A DNA stretch of 64,000 bases from the human T2T-CHM13v2.0 reference genome, Homo sapiens. Position numbers and translations under genes: made by a program. Location: NCBI RefSeq assembly GCF_009914755.1, contig NC_060933.1; one strand, written 5' to 3'. Positions 19,707 to 37,585 of this stretch are shown here, in pieces. Below the pieces are notes generated by a model. The model worked only from the letters and a program-made list of their open reading frames with translations. It was not told the origin of the DNA and searched no databases. The number at the start of each line of letters is the position of its first letter. Within the stretch, counting starts at the first letter, position 1.

Positions 19707-21588
<1,882 letters not shown>

Positions 21589-21791
21589 TCACCAGATGGC
21601 CACATGGCCCTGGGTTGAGTGACTCCCCGTCTCTGAGCCTCAAATGTCTCATCTCTGAAAGTGCCAAGCCCTACTTGCAGGGTGGCTATGAAGCGTCCCG
21701 GGGACATTAGAGATCAGAGGACCCACTTAACAAGCGCTGCGGCCATCCCTGCAGAGAGAGACTTCACTCCCATTCTGCAGATGGGAAATGA

Positions 21792-22184
<393 letters not shown>

Positions 22185-22369
22185 TGAACGTGTTTTCTCC
22201 AGTTCTCTAAGTAGACTGTGCTCATCTAGAAAGAAGGCAGGAAATAAAGATGACCCCTGGTCCCATGACCCAAATATGAGCTGCGCTCACATCATTTTCC
22301 GGACCTTTTTCTTTTTGTTCCTACTTAATAAATACATTAGGAAAAAATTTCCCAAATCATGAAATATCA

Positions 22370-22804
<435 letters not shown>

Positions 22805-23366
22805 TTAGAAAAGCAGCCATGTTTGCAGTTTGATGATTCCAGGGTCTCCCGTTGACCTGACTCATGCCATGATATGGATGGACCTATTGGTTCCAAATAT
22901 AATCCCTGTTCTGGGGCCCTTGGCATTCCAGACAGCTTTGAGCGGAGCTTGGATCAGTTCCTGAAAGCAGGAGATGCTGAGGCAAAGTGTGGTCCTGAGT
23001 CAGTGGCTGCTGCTCCGGGTTGGGATTGTTTGTAGACTGAGGAGTTCAGGGCCTGGGCAAGTGCATCAACAAGAAAGAAGCCTGAACACCCTGCGTGCCC
23101 TCCGGCAGGGGCCGGCGGAATAGGCCTCCGTCGCCTGTCCAGAGCGCAGGAATATAATCCCCAGTTTTATTTAAGAAAGAATCAGTTGGGGCATTTATAT
23201 GGGTATTTATATTTTTTACAAACTATAGAGAAATAGACAGCAAACTGCTAACAGAAGGCCTAGGTTACCTGTTTCGGCCGTGCCTGTTCTGTTTCTGTGG
23301 TGGTCAAATGCCCGAAGGCCCCACTATCAGGCGTTTATGGTAAAGATGCTAAAGAATAATGAAGGG

Positions 23367-24462
<1,096 letters not shown>

Positions 24463-25104
24463 TTCTGGCCTGAGTCATCACTGGGTTCTCATGGGAGCCC
24501 AGGGAGGGGAGGGGACGAGGTCTGGGGATGGGGCTCGGGCAGAGGGCAGCTCTTCTCGGGGAAGGAGCCAGGAGTGCGCCGCACCTCAGTCGAGAGGAGA
24601 GGTCAGGTAGGGCCATCTCGAATGTCGTGTTATCCCAGCGCCCCCTTCACAGGTGGAGAGACCAGGGCCCAGAGGCAGCCAGGGCCGGTGATGGCTGCGG
24701 CCTGTGCCTCCATGAGCGGAGGAGCCCTGTGTGTTCCGTCCATTATCCCAGTGAGGCAGCTGAGGCTGATAGGGGTAAATGCTCAGGGCCTTGCAACTGG
24801 GACATGGTGATGCGGGGTTTGAGGCCCAGAAGCATCCTCACCTTCAAGCCCGTGCGGTTGTGCAGGTTGGTCACTGCACAATTCTTGGAGCCATATACAC
24901 TTGCACTCGCTGCAGAGGTGCACGTTGATTATGCATTTTCCGGCAGACGGCGTTGAGCCAGGTGCAGCCTCTTCCTTGGGCTCGTGGCAGGCCTGCTTGG
25001 AGCACCTGGGCTCTGCCTCCAGCTCATTCAGTGATCGTGGCCAGTGTTTGGGCTCCTTTCCCTGTGCATTCAACACAGGACATGATGCAGCCCTGACCGG
25101 CTGG

Positions 25105-25123
25105 TGGCCTCCAGGGGGCGCTG
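25105..25123 (+). promoter_or_regulatory. Strong CTCF core motif (TGGCCTCCAGGGGGCGCTG) between the convergent genes
   Basis: Near-perfect match to consensus TGGCCACCAGGGGGCGCTA; binding not shown. Confidence 0.7.
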
Positions 25124-26297
25124 AGTGCTTGCCCCAAGTACAGCGTCCGCAGAAGCAGGCAGGAGAGTTCAGGTCCTGGGGTGGCAGAACAGCCCTACGC
25201 CTGGGCCTGTTTCCCTCTCACTGAGACCATCAGTCCTGTGCACTGAACGGGGCAGGCGAATACCCTTTGTCGTGTGAGTCATTTCCCAGGCAGGAGCTGG
25301 GTGGCCTTTTCCCACCCACAGTTCCCCCTCAGTTCCCCCTCCTCCCAACACCCTCCTGGGCTCAACTTGGCCAAGAGGGGAGAGACTGAGGCAGGTGGGG
25401 CTACCTCCTGGAGCGCAGTGCTTTGCAGATCTCCTTACGCTCTCACTAGGGCCCAGGGAGGCCTCATGGAGGATCTCGAGGCTCAGTGACCTGCCAAGGA
25501 CAACAGCAAGGGACAGCCGCATCCCTGGTCTCCGGCCACACAGCCCCGTGTTCTGCACCTCAGCCCTTGTTGACCGAGGGAGGCCCAGGCCCAAGCCCTA
25601 GGCCACCATGGACAGGCTGGCACCAGGGAAGCCAACATCCCCAAGGTGACTGGCTGCCACCCCACCAGTAGGGACATGTTTTTACCCATAGATGGGGCAA
25701 CCCACCCCCAACAGCTGCAGGGGCTCGAGGGCTGTTCCTGTACCACATAGGCTCAGCCCAGGTCCCCACCTTCCAAGGCCTCAGTGTACACATCGGTGAA
25801 ATGGTGGTGACGACTGTGTCCACTTTCTAGAGCTCTCTCGAGGCTGCTGTTCCTGCACACAAGGCGCTTGGCCCACAGTGAGCGCTTGGTAAACAGGAGT
25901 GTGATCGGGAGCGTTGAAGGAGCTGGCATCACTGTTTGGATCCAGCCCGAGCCTGGGCCCACCCCTCTGTGGGCACCCCAGGGCCCTGAGTGGCCTTGAA
26001 GCTGCTGCCTGCTGCCATCCCTCTTGGACTCACCATCACCCAAGGCTGCCCGAGGGGCACCCGGCACAGGTCTGGCTGAGGAAGCTGCCTGTGCTGCCAC
26101 CAGAAGGCAGGTCACCTTGGACAAGTCCCTTCTCGCTGAGCCTGTTTCCTTCTCTGTAAAATGGAATAAGAACTCAGATCATAAACATAGAGGCACTCAG
26201 TCAAGTGAGAAGCCCCGAAAGCCGAGCCGTATGGGGGCCTAGACACAGTCCCCAGCCCAGGCCCCCCGTCCCCTACCCCAACAGCACCACTCAAGGC

Positions 26298-27810
26298 AAC
26301 TGGCTTTAAATAAAGCGTTTATTGATTAGTAGAAGCATGAACAGTGTGCATAATATTTTCAATACAATATCAGGGAGGGATGATGGGAACCCCTCAAAAG
26401 GCACTAGAGGCGCAGATCTTCGGGACAAGAGGGAAGAGATGCGCCAGAGACCAGGGCTGGGGCAGCTGGGGGTCCCTGAGTGCCAGGCGCCACCACACGT
26501 CCTGTGGGTCAAGGCCCCTCCTCTGGGGAGCAGGTCTACGGCACGGAGGATGCAGGGCTGGGAGGGGACCCCACCTCGGGGACCCAAAAGGAGTCCATTT
26601 CTGCCCTGCCCCCCGCAAAGCAGCAGGGGAGGGGGCCTGGGGGTCCTGGGGTGGGGGATCCCAGGCCTGGGCCCATCCTGGCTTGACCCTTGTCCCAGGA
26701 ACAAGAAGCTGAGGAGGGACGACAGCCAGGCCCAGAGTGACTCACAAGGACATCCAAAGAAGGGACTGGATTTTCAGAGGGAGGTGACTTGGTGACTGAG
26801 AGGCAGCAGAGGCCAAAGCCTGACCCCAGACCCTCAGGGAGGGCCCACCCAACCTGTACCCCTCAGGAGCCCCGTCCGGCTCCCCAGGCAACCACTGAGG
26901 ACCTCGGGGTGGCCTGTAGAAGACAGAACCCAGCCCCATTACACCCCTTGCTGCCGCTCCATCCCCAACCACCAGAGGGACAGGGACCAGAGGGAGACCT
27001 GTGGGCCAGGCGGGCAGGAGGGAGGCAGGCTGGGGCCGGGAGAAGGGGATACACAGGCCCATAAAACCTCAGGCTCCCCATAACCCTCACTCAGCCATCT
27101 CACTCACTCACTCACTCCCAGCATCCCCCAGGATGGGGGTCCCCTCCTTCACTCAGGACACTTCCCCTCCGCAGACCTGCACGTTCTGGGCCTTTCTCAT
27201 TTCACCCCAGGCCTGCCCACCCCATGAGGCACCCCCTAAATCTCATCTCTCCACCCAGCACCCCCAGCCTGGCTCCAGCCTGAAGACCCCCTCCTTCCCC
27301 TTCCCTCCAGAACAGTGGGGAAAGCGAGGCTCGGTCCACCCCTAACTGCGGAAGGAGCAGGGCCAGGAGGGCAGCAGTGCTCCCTCTCCCGGTCCTGGCC
27401 CAGCCAGCTCCTGGGTGAGTGGGCGGGAACCCACTGGGCTCACACCAGCTTTCACCTCCCTCTCTCCAGGAAGGATGGCAGCACCCATGAGGGGATGGAG
27501 GCCACAGAAGGACAGGAAGGGAGGGGCTTTCCAGCCCCCCAGCAGTGTCCAGCCCTTGGCACAAGCAGGAAAACCCCAAAACCAGCCCCTGCATCTGAGA
27601 TCATCCCACAGAAGAGAAAACAGGGAGCAAGAAAGTGTTGACTGAACCCAATAAAGTGACTCAGGTGGGCCCGCTCCCTGGCGGTGCCACACAGCCCTGC
27701 CCCGCCTCCACCCACAAGGCACAGACCAGGGTGCCCTCCCCAGAGCTGAGCCTGCCTGGGTCCGGAAGGGAACGGCCTGTGCCATGTGCAGCAGTCAGGG
27801 ACCCACTGGC
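26298..27810 (-). other. NIBAN2: NIBAN2 3' UTR (distal end approximate)
   Basis: Between TAG (27811-27813) and the poly(A) signal; no interspersed repeats recognised. Confidence 0.85.
26318..26323 (-). terminator. NIBAN2 polyadenylation signal AATAAA (TTTATT on +)
   Basis: About 1.5 kb downstream of the NIBAN2 stop, in an AU-rich context. Confidence 0.85.
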
Positions 27811-28397
27811 CTAGAACTCAGTCTGCACCCCTGCACTGTCCTCGGTGGTGGTGTGGAGGGCGGGGTGGCTGCTGGGGCTGGACACCTGCTCTCCAGTCTC
27901 CTGGTCGCTGGGCTTGGGGGGCCCAAGGTCCACAGCCTTTCCAGGCAGGAGATGCTGGAGGGGTGAGGCAGGCGGCGAGGAGGCCTCGGGGGCGGCCTTA
28001 GGCTGGGGACTCTCCCCAGCGGGGGCCCCGTTGAGCAGGGGGCCGGCTGGTGGGGGGCTCTCAGGCCGCAGACCTTGGGCCAGCAGGCCTCGGATCTCAG
28101 TGACACCGTCCGGGGACGCAGGTGGTGGTGACTCAGGGCTAGCCTCAAAGGGCAGCCCCACCTCCTCATCCTGGACCACAGAGACCACCTGCTTGGCGCG
28201 CCGTCGCTTTTCCGAGAGGGTGGCTGACTCCGGGGTGCTGGGGCTGGGGCTGCCGCCCCCGCCGCTGTTGCTGTACTCCTCGCCCCAGTCGATGGGGGCG
28301 CCCTCGGCCAGCAGGTGCAGGTTGGGGTCGCTGTTGTGCATGACCATGCTGTCCCGGTAGAGGTTGTGCTTCCTCTGCACCGCGGCCTCCTTCACAG
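27811..28397 (-). CDS. NIBAN2: NIBAN2 exon 14 coding part, aa 552-746 plus TAG; Pro/Ser-rich tail with Y593, DLG and ETGE
   Basis: ctgtag| acceptor; ORF ends ...SAGVQTEF*; 587 nt completes the frame. Confidence 0.97.
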
Positions 28398-28832
28398 CTA
28401 CAGGGCCACAGGGGAAGGGTCAGGACACAGCACTGATCCCACAGCCGCCCCTGTGCTGGACTCTGCTCAAAGGAGACCCGTCTCATCCCGCCTTGGGGGT
28501 CTGTGGTTGGGATGTGACTCATTCCAGGCCTCGTTGCTGAAAGCAGCAAGGCCGTGATGCTATCTCCAGGCCCAGGCTGCTGACCACATGTCATCTAATC
28601 ACTCCTCTGACCCTCCCAGCAAAGCCAAGGACGCGAGAAGAAACTAAAGCACAGAGACGCAAGGCTAAGGCTGCTCCGGAGGCCACACAGCGAAGAGTGG
28701 GCTTCACCCAGACCCCAGGTGCAAGTCTGGGCTTTTCTTTGAGCCTTAGCTGACCCCCTCAGCTGCCACCACTTCTCAGCTGCGCCCCCAGCATCCTCCT
28801 GGCAACAGTCCCCACCCCGGGACGGCACCCAC

Positions 28833-28944
28833 CCTGCAGGATGTCCTTCATGACGGTCTGCAGCACCACCTCCTCGTACGTGTTTTCCACCAGGATGAAC
28901 CTGGCAAAGTCCTCGAAGATCAGCTCCTGGAACCGGGGCAGCTC
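28833..28944 (-). CDS. NIBAN2: NIBAN2 exon 13 (ELPRFQELIFEDFARFILVENTYEEVVLQTVMKDILQ)
   Basis: ggcag| acceptor, G|gtgggt donor, 112 nt. Confidence 0.96.
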
Positions 28945-29058
28945 CTGCCCGGGTGGGGCGGCAGAGATGAGAGGTCAGGGCCAAGGGTAGAGGGAGGCCT
29001 GTGGGCTCCATCCCCCAACTTAGGGCCCAAACGGCTGGAGCAGGTGGGGGCTGCTCAC

Positions 29059-29166
29059 CGACTTGCAGGTAGGGGCCAGCTTCTTGAGCAGGAACGGGAT
29101 GCTGATCTGCAGCAGCGCCTCCCGGAAGAACCTCTTCCGCACAGAGCTGCTGTCGTAGTCGTATTT
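29059..29166 (-). CDS. NIBAN2: NIBAN2 exon 12 (KYDYDSSSVRKRFFREALLQISIPFLLKKLAPTCKS)
   Basis: ctgcag| acceptor, TCG|gtgagc donor, 108 nt. Confidence 0.96.
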
Positions 29167-29387
29167 CTGCAGGGAACAAGGGGGTCGGGGGTCTGCAGGT
29201 CAGTGGGCTCCATTGGCCCTGAGGGTAGGACGAGGCCAGTGGTCTGACCCAAGCCTCCGAGTCCTCATCCGCACAAGAGGACCATGGCGCCTCCTTGCAG
29301 GGACAGCAATCCTGGTGGTGGCCGGGGATGAGGCTCGGGGCTCGGCCTCGCCTAGGACGGTCCGGGGCAGGGCGTGGGGCCGCTCAC

Positions 29388-29504
29388 CTTCAGCACCCGC
29401 TCCAGGACCCGCTGGATGGACTTGCACAGCTCCTCCTTGGTGGGCCCCTTCCCCAGCTCCTGGTGCAGGAGGGTCTCGAACGTATACACGGCATTGTCCA
29501 TTTG
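29388..29504 (-). CDS. NIBAN2: NIBAN2 exon 11 (QMDNAVYTFETLLHQELGKGPTKEELCKSIQRVLERVLK)
   Basis: ctgcag| acceptor, AAG|gtgagc donor, 117 nt. Confidence 0.96.
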
Positions 29505-29941
29505 CTGCAGGGCATACCGCGGACATGTGAAGCCCCCAGGGTGACCACAGCCCCTTCCTGGGTGCCGCTGAGGGGTCCTCATCCTCAACCAGCCCCCCAC
29601 CCCGAGGCCTGCCAGGGAGGAATGGCAAGCGGTCTATGCCCACTCACAGCTCTGCACGCTGGAGCAAGTCCCTGCCTCAAGGCAACAGGAAATATGGGAA
29701 GGGGCCTGGGGGCGCAAGGAGAGCTTCCTGGAGGAAGAGGTCTCTAAGCTGAGACCTGGGAAGTGAGTCAGAATTAGCCAGGTGGGCAGAGGCACAGATG
29801 TTCCAAGCAGAGGAGGAGAGAGCGTGCCAGGCAAGCGTGGCTATGGCATGACGGGACGGAGCAGAAGGGACCCCCTGGGCGAGGGGGCCTGTGGAAGGCA
29901 GTGGACAGGGTGTGGGGTGGGGGTCGTAGCCTCGGGTCTAC

Positions 29942-30097
29942 CTCCCGCATGTGGATCTGGGCTCGCTGCTTGAACACGGACGTGCTGGACACATCAAATC
30001 GCTGCTGCAGCCCGTCCAGTCGCAGCGACTCCATCTTCTCATAGCAGCTCTGCATCTTCAGGGGGTGGTACGCCAGCCGGGACAGCTTCTCCATGTA
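29942..30097 (-). CDS. NIBAN2: NIBAN2 exon 10 (YMEKLSRLAYHPLKMQSCY...QRAQIHMRE)
   Basis: ctgcag| acceptor, GAG|gtagac donor, 156 nt. Confidence 0.96.
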
Positions 30098-30726
30098 CTG
30101 CAGGGGCCGGGGCCGCGGGGGCTGAGCAGGGCCGCCCTGTGGCCAGGCAGCACCCCCCACACACTTTGCCTGGGTCCTCGAAGTCCAGGCCCTGGGGCTG
30201 GCGCCTGCTACCAGGGATGGCCACCTGGTGCTCATGGCCACAAAGGTAAACCCAGGAGGGCCCAGGACAGAAGCATGAGGCTCTGAAGGCATGGAGGGCG
30301 CAGTCCAGTGGCACAGCGCTGTGGAGAGGCAGCCTCGGTGCCGGCAGAAGGCGCTCATCCCTTCTGAGGTGCTGGGTGACCTTGGGCAAGTCATTCACCC
30401 TCTCTGAGCCTCAGTTTCCTCAGCTTCAAAATTGGGAGAGAGCTTTCCTGCTCTCCAAGGTCCTCTCCAGGTCTCAGATTCTGGGATTATTATGGTCTGT
30501 GGACTCCCCATTTCAGAGTATAAAGGAGGAAACTAAGATACAGGATAAATTCAATCTGACAACTATGCGGGCTCCGGGCAGCCAGCCCAAGATGGAGACT
30601 GTGGAAGGACGTTCACCCCGAGAGCCAGATAACTGAGGTCAAGTAAGGGCAACGGCTGTCTCCATTTGGAGGGCGCGTGACTTGTGAATTCTGCCTTATC
30701 AATCTCATTACTCCACCTGAAGCCCG

Positions 30727-30903
30727 CCCTTCCCTCTCCCCTCCTCTCCTTCCCTCCTTCCCTCCTCTCCTTCCCTCCTTCCCTCTCCCCTCCTCTCCTT
30801 CCCTCCTTCCCTCTCCCCTCCTCTCCTTCCCTCCTTCCCTCTCCCCTCCTCTCCTTCCCTCCTTCCCTCTCCCCTCCTCTCCTTCCCTCCTTCCCTCTCT
30901 TCT
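30727..30903. repeat. Pure C/T minisatellite, about 28-bp unit (ccttccctctcccctcctctccttccct), about 6 copies
   Basis: About 177 nt with no purine on the + strand. Confidence 0.9.
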
Positions 30904-31156
30904 GTTAAATTCTTTTCTATTTTAGCACCACTCTTGGTTTCTAAAGGCTGGTGGCCGGGAGCTAATGTTCCCTCTTTCCTCAAACTGCAGGCCCCACGAG
31001 GACTCCAACAGCCCTGGCCTCACAGCCTCTGCCCCTAGTCCCCAGCAGCCCCTCCCCGTCTACAGGGACGGCCTTGGAGGGGAACGGCTGCCCGGAGTCA
31101 CGCAGCCGGGGCCCTCTGGGACAGACCAGACCTACTCTCAGGAGACCCCCTCCTAG

Positions 31157-32526
<1,370 letters not shown>

Positions 32527-33024
32527 AATATTATTTAAAAAAAAAAACCACTGGGGGCAACATTAGCAAGCTGAATGATTTCAGAGAAATAGTGGATAAA
32601 GATGAGAAATCCATGCAGGAAAAATGACAAGGTGTTCTGAGATTGGACTCTGATCTTTCTGAAACCATGATGGCAAAAAACTAAGAAAACTGCCATCTGA
32701 CAAGAGATTAATAATCAGAAAATATAAGGATCTCAAACAAGTCTATAGGAAAAAAATCCTAGTAATCCAATTAAAAATGGGCAAAAGATTTGAATACATA
32801 TTTCCCCAAAGAAGACATATAAATGGCAAACAGGCATATGAAAGGTACTCAACCCAAAACAGGCATATGAAAAGGTACTTGACATCACTGATCAGAGAAC
32901 TGCAAATCAAAACTACAATGAGATGCCACGTCACCCCAGTTAAAATGGCTTTATCCAAAAGACAGACAATAACAAATGCTAGCGAGGATGTGGAGAAAAG
33001 GGAACCTCCGTACACTGCTGGTGG

Positions 33025-33800
33025 TGTGAAAGGAAAATAGCTTAGGCCCCCAGAATTACGAAGCTAAAGGGAAAAGTCAAGCTGGGAATTGCTTAAAGCA
33101 AACCCACCTCCCGTTCTATTCAAAGTCACCCCTCCGCTCACTGAGATTAATGCATATCTGCTTCCCTCCTTTGGAGAGGCTAATCATCAACTCAAAAGAA
33201 TGCAACTATTTGTCTCTTTTCTTCCTATGACCTGGAAGCCTCATGCCTGCATTGAGTTGTCCTGCTTTTCCTTCAAGTTCTCCCGCCTTTCCGGACTGAA
33301 CCATGTTCATTTTACATTTTTTTTTTTTTTTTTTGAGACAGGGTCTCACTCTGTTGACCAGGCTGGAGTATAGTGGCTCGATCTCGGCTCACTGCAGCCT
33401 CTGCCTCCCAGGTTCAAGCAATTCTCATGCCTCAGCCTCCTAGAGCAGCTGGGACTACAGGCATGCGCCACCACATCCAGCTAAGCTTTGTATTTTTAAT
33501 AGAGACGGGGTTTCACCATGTTGGCCAGGCTGGTCTCGAACTCCTGACCTCAAGTGATCCACCCGCCTCGGCCTCCCAGAGTGCTGGGATTACAGCTTGA
33601 GCTGCTGTGCCCGGCCCATTTTACGTATGTTGATTGATGGCTCAGGTTTCCCTAAAATGTATAAAACCAAGCTGTGCTCTGACCACCTGGGCACATGTCA
33701 TCAGTTCCTCCTGAGGCTGTGTCACGAGTGCGTGTCCCCAACTTGGCAAAATCAACTTTCTAATTTAACTGAGACCTGCCTCAAATTTTCAGGGTTCACA
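33025..33800 (+). mobile_element. ERV1 solo LTR (MER4A-like) with GTGG 4-bp TSD, containing an Alu at 33317-33616 (-)
   Basis: TGTGAAAGGAAAATA...GGGTTCACA termini; gtgg at 33021-33024 and 33801-33804. Confidence 0.8.
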
Positions 33801-34382
33801 GTGGGAATGTAAATGAGTACAACCACTATGGAGAACAGTTTGGAGGTTCCTCAAAAAACTAATAGAGCTACCATACAATCCAGCAATCCCACTGCTGGGT
33901 ATATACCCAAATAAAGGAAATCAGCCCATCGCAGCGATATCTGCACTCCCGTGTTTGTTGCGGCTCTGTTCACAACAACCAAGATTTGGAAGCAACCTAA
34001 GTGTCCATAACAGACGAATGGATAAAGAAAATGCGGTACATATACACGATGGGGTACTATTCAGCCGTAAAAAAGAACGAGTTTCAGTCATCTGCAACAA
34101 CATGGTTGGAGCTGGAGGTCATTATATTCAGCCAGGCACAGAAAGACAAATATCACATGTCCTCACTTATTTGTGGGATCTAAAAATTAAAGCAAATTGA
34201 CATTTTGGAGGGGGCCTCCCCTGTGGGAGCAATAAAAAAGGTAAAAACAGACAAATAAACAAGCAGAAAACAAAGCAATTGAGCCCATGGAGATAGAGTA
34301 GAAAGATGGTTACTAGAGGCTGGAGAGGGTAGTCGAGGGCGAGGGGGAGATGGGAATGGTTAATGGGCACAAAAAGTAGAAA

Positions 34383-34926
34383 TGTCAGAGGCATTTGAAT
34401 CAGAGCAACTGTATCTTAAATAGGAGCTGGGTAAAATGAGGCTGAGACCTACTGGGCTGCACTGCCAGGCGGTGAAGGCATTCTAAGTCATGGGATGAGA
34501 TAGGTCGGCACAAGATACAGGTCATAAAGACCATGCTGATAAAACAGGTTGCAGTAAAGAAGGTGGCCCAAAACCCACCAAAACCAAGATGGTGATGAGA
34601 GTGACCTCGGTCGTCCTCACTGCTACACTCCCGCCAGCACCATGACAGGTTACAGATGCCATGGCAACGTCAGGAAGTCTCCCTATATGCTCTATCTAAA
34701 AAGGGAGGCATGAATAATCCACCCCTTGTTTAGCATGTCATCAGAAATAACCATAAAAATGGGCAACCAGCAGCCCTCGTGCTCTGTCTACGCAGTAGCC
34801 ATTCTTTTATTCCTTCGCTTTCTTAATAAACTTGCTTTAACTCTATGGACTCACCTTGAATTCTTTCTTGCCCAAGATCCAAGAACCCTCTCTCGGGGTC
34901 TGGATCGGGACCCCTTTCTGGTTACA
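34383..34926 (+). mobile_element. ERV1 solo LTR, MER41A-like
   Basis: TGTCAGAGGC...GGTTACA termini and MER41 internal motifs; lacks the GAS segment of MER41B. Confidence 0.85.
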
Positions 34927-34998
34927 GAATGAATAAGCCCTAGTATTTGATAGCGCAACAGGGTGACTATAATCAATAATAATTTAATTGTACACTTA

Positions 34999-35319
<321 letters not shown>

Positions 35320-35914
35320 CTAAAAGAATATACTTGGATTGTTTGTAACACAAAGGATAAATGCTTGAGGGGATAGATACCCCATTTCCCATGATGTGAC
35401 TATTACACATTGCATGCCTGATCAAAACATCTCATGTACCCCATAAATATGCACACCTACTATGTACCCACAAAAATTAAAAATGAAAATGAAAATAAAA
35501 TAAAATAAGAAAACTGCCAGCCCAGAGGTGTCAGCAGTGTTCTGCTTAGCTAGAAGTAGACAAAAACTCCTTTAGGATGGGTCTTGCTTCTTCGTTTGAA
35601 CAAAAAGAACAACAGCAATGAAAAATACCTTAGTAGATTCAATGAGCCTCTTGGTTTTACAAAAACTGGGCTGATCCTCTCTGGAATAGTGTGGCTGGCT
35701 CTGCATAATTATGTAAAAGCCTTCTTCCTTTGGGTGGGGACCATCTCCAGAACATTCTGACCAAAGCATTTTCACTCAAGAATATTTAGATGTCCACCCC
35801 CATCCCAGCCCAGCTAACGTTCTTTGTTCCACACAAGAAATGTCAATGCTCAGTGTCCTATCCAGCTGTCAACCAATACTCAGGATCTGGCTAGTAAAGA
35901 ATAACCTACAGGAG

Positions 35915-37585
<1,671 letters not shown>

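Noticed and set aside
22830-22980. TGATGA...CTGA pattern suggesting an intronic C/D snoRNA
   Set aside because: Box C lacks the leading purine, and there is no terminal stem or recognisable guide.
27795-28594. Alternative-frame and antisense ORFs over NIBAN2 exon 14
   Set aside because: GC-rich shadow frames with non-ATG starts and no domain signal.
28945-29058. 114-nt NIBAN2 intron 12 as an in-frame retained intron
   Set aside because: An in-frame TAA at codon 13 of the intron would truncate the protein.
30677-30983. Repetitive Pro/Ser/Leu and Glu/Arg/Gly ORFs
   Set aside because: Translation of the C/T minisatellite.
32743-34200. ORFs resembling the L1 ORF2 C-terminus (KTTMRCHVTPVKMA)
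   Set aside because: Decayed, interrupted L1 fragment that cannot be active.
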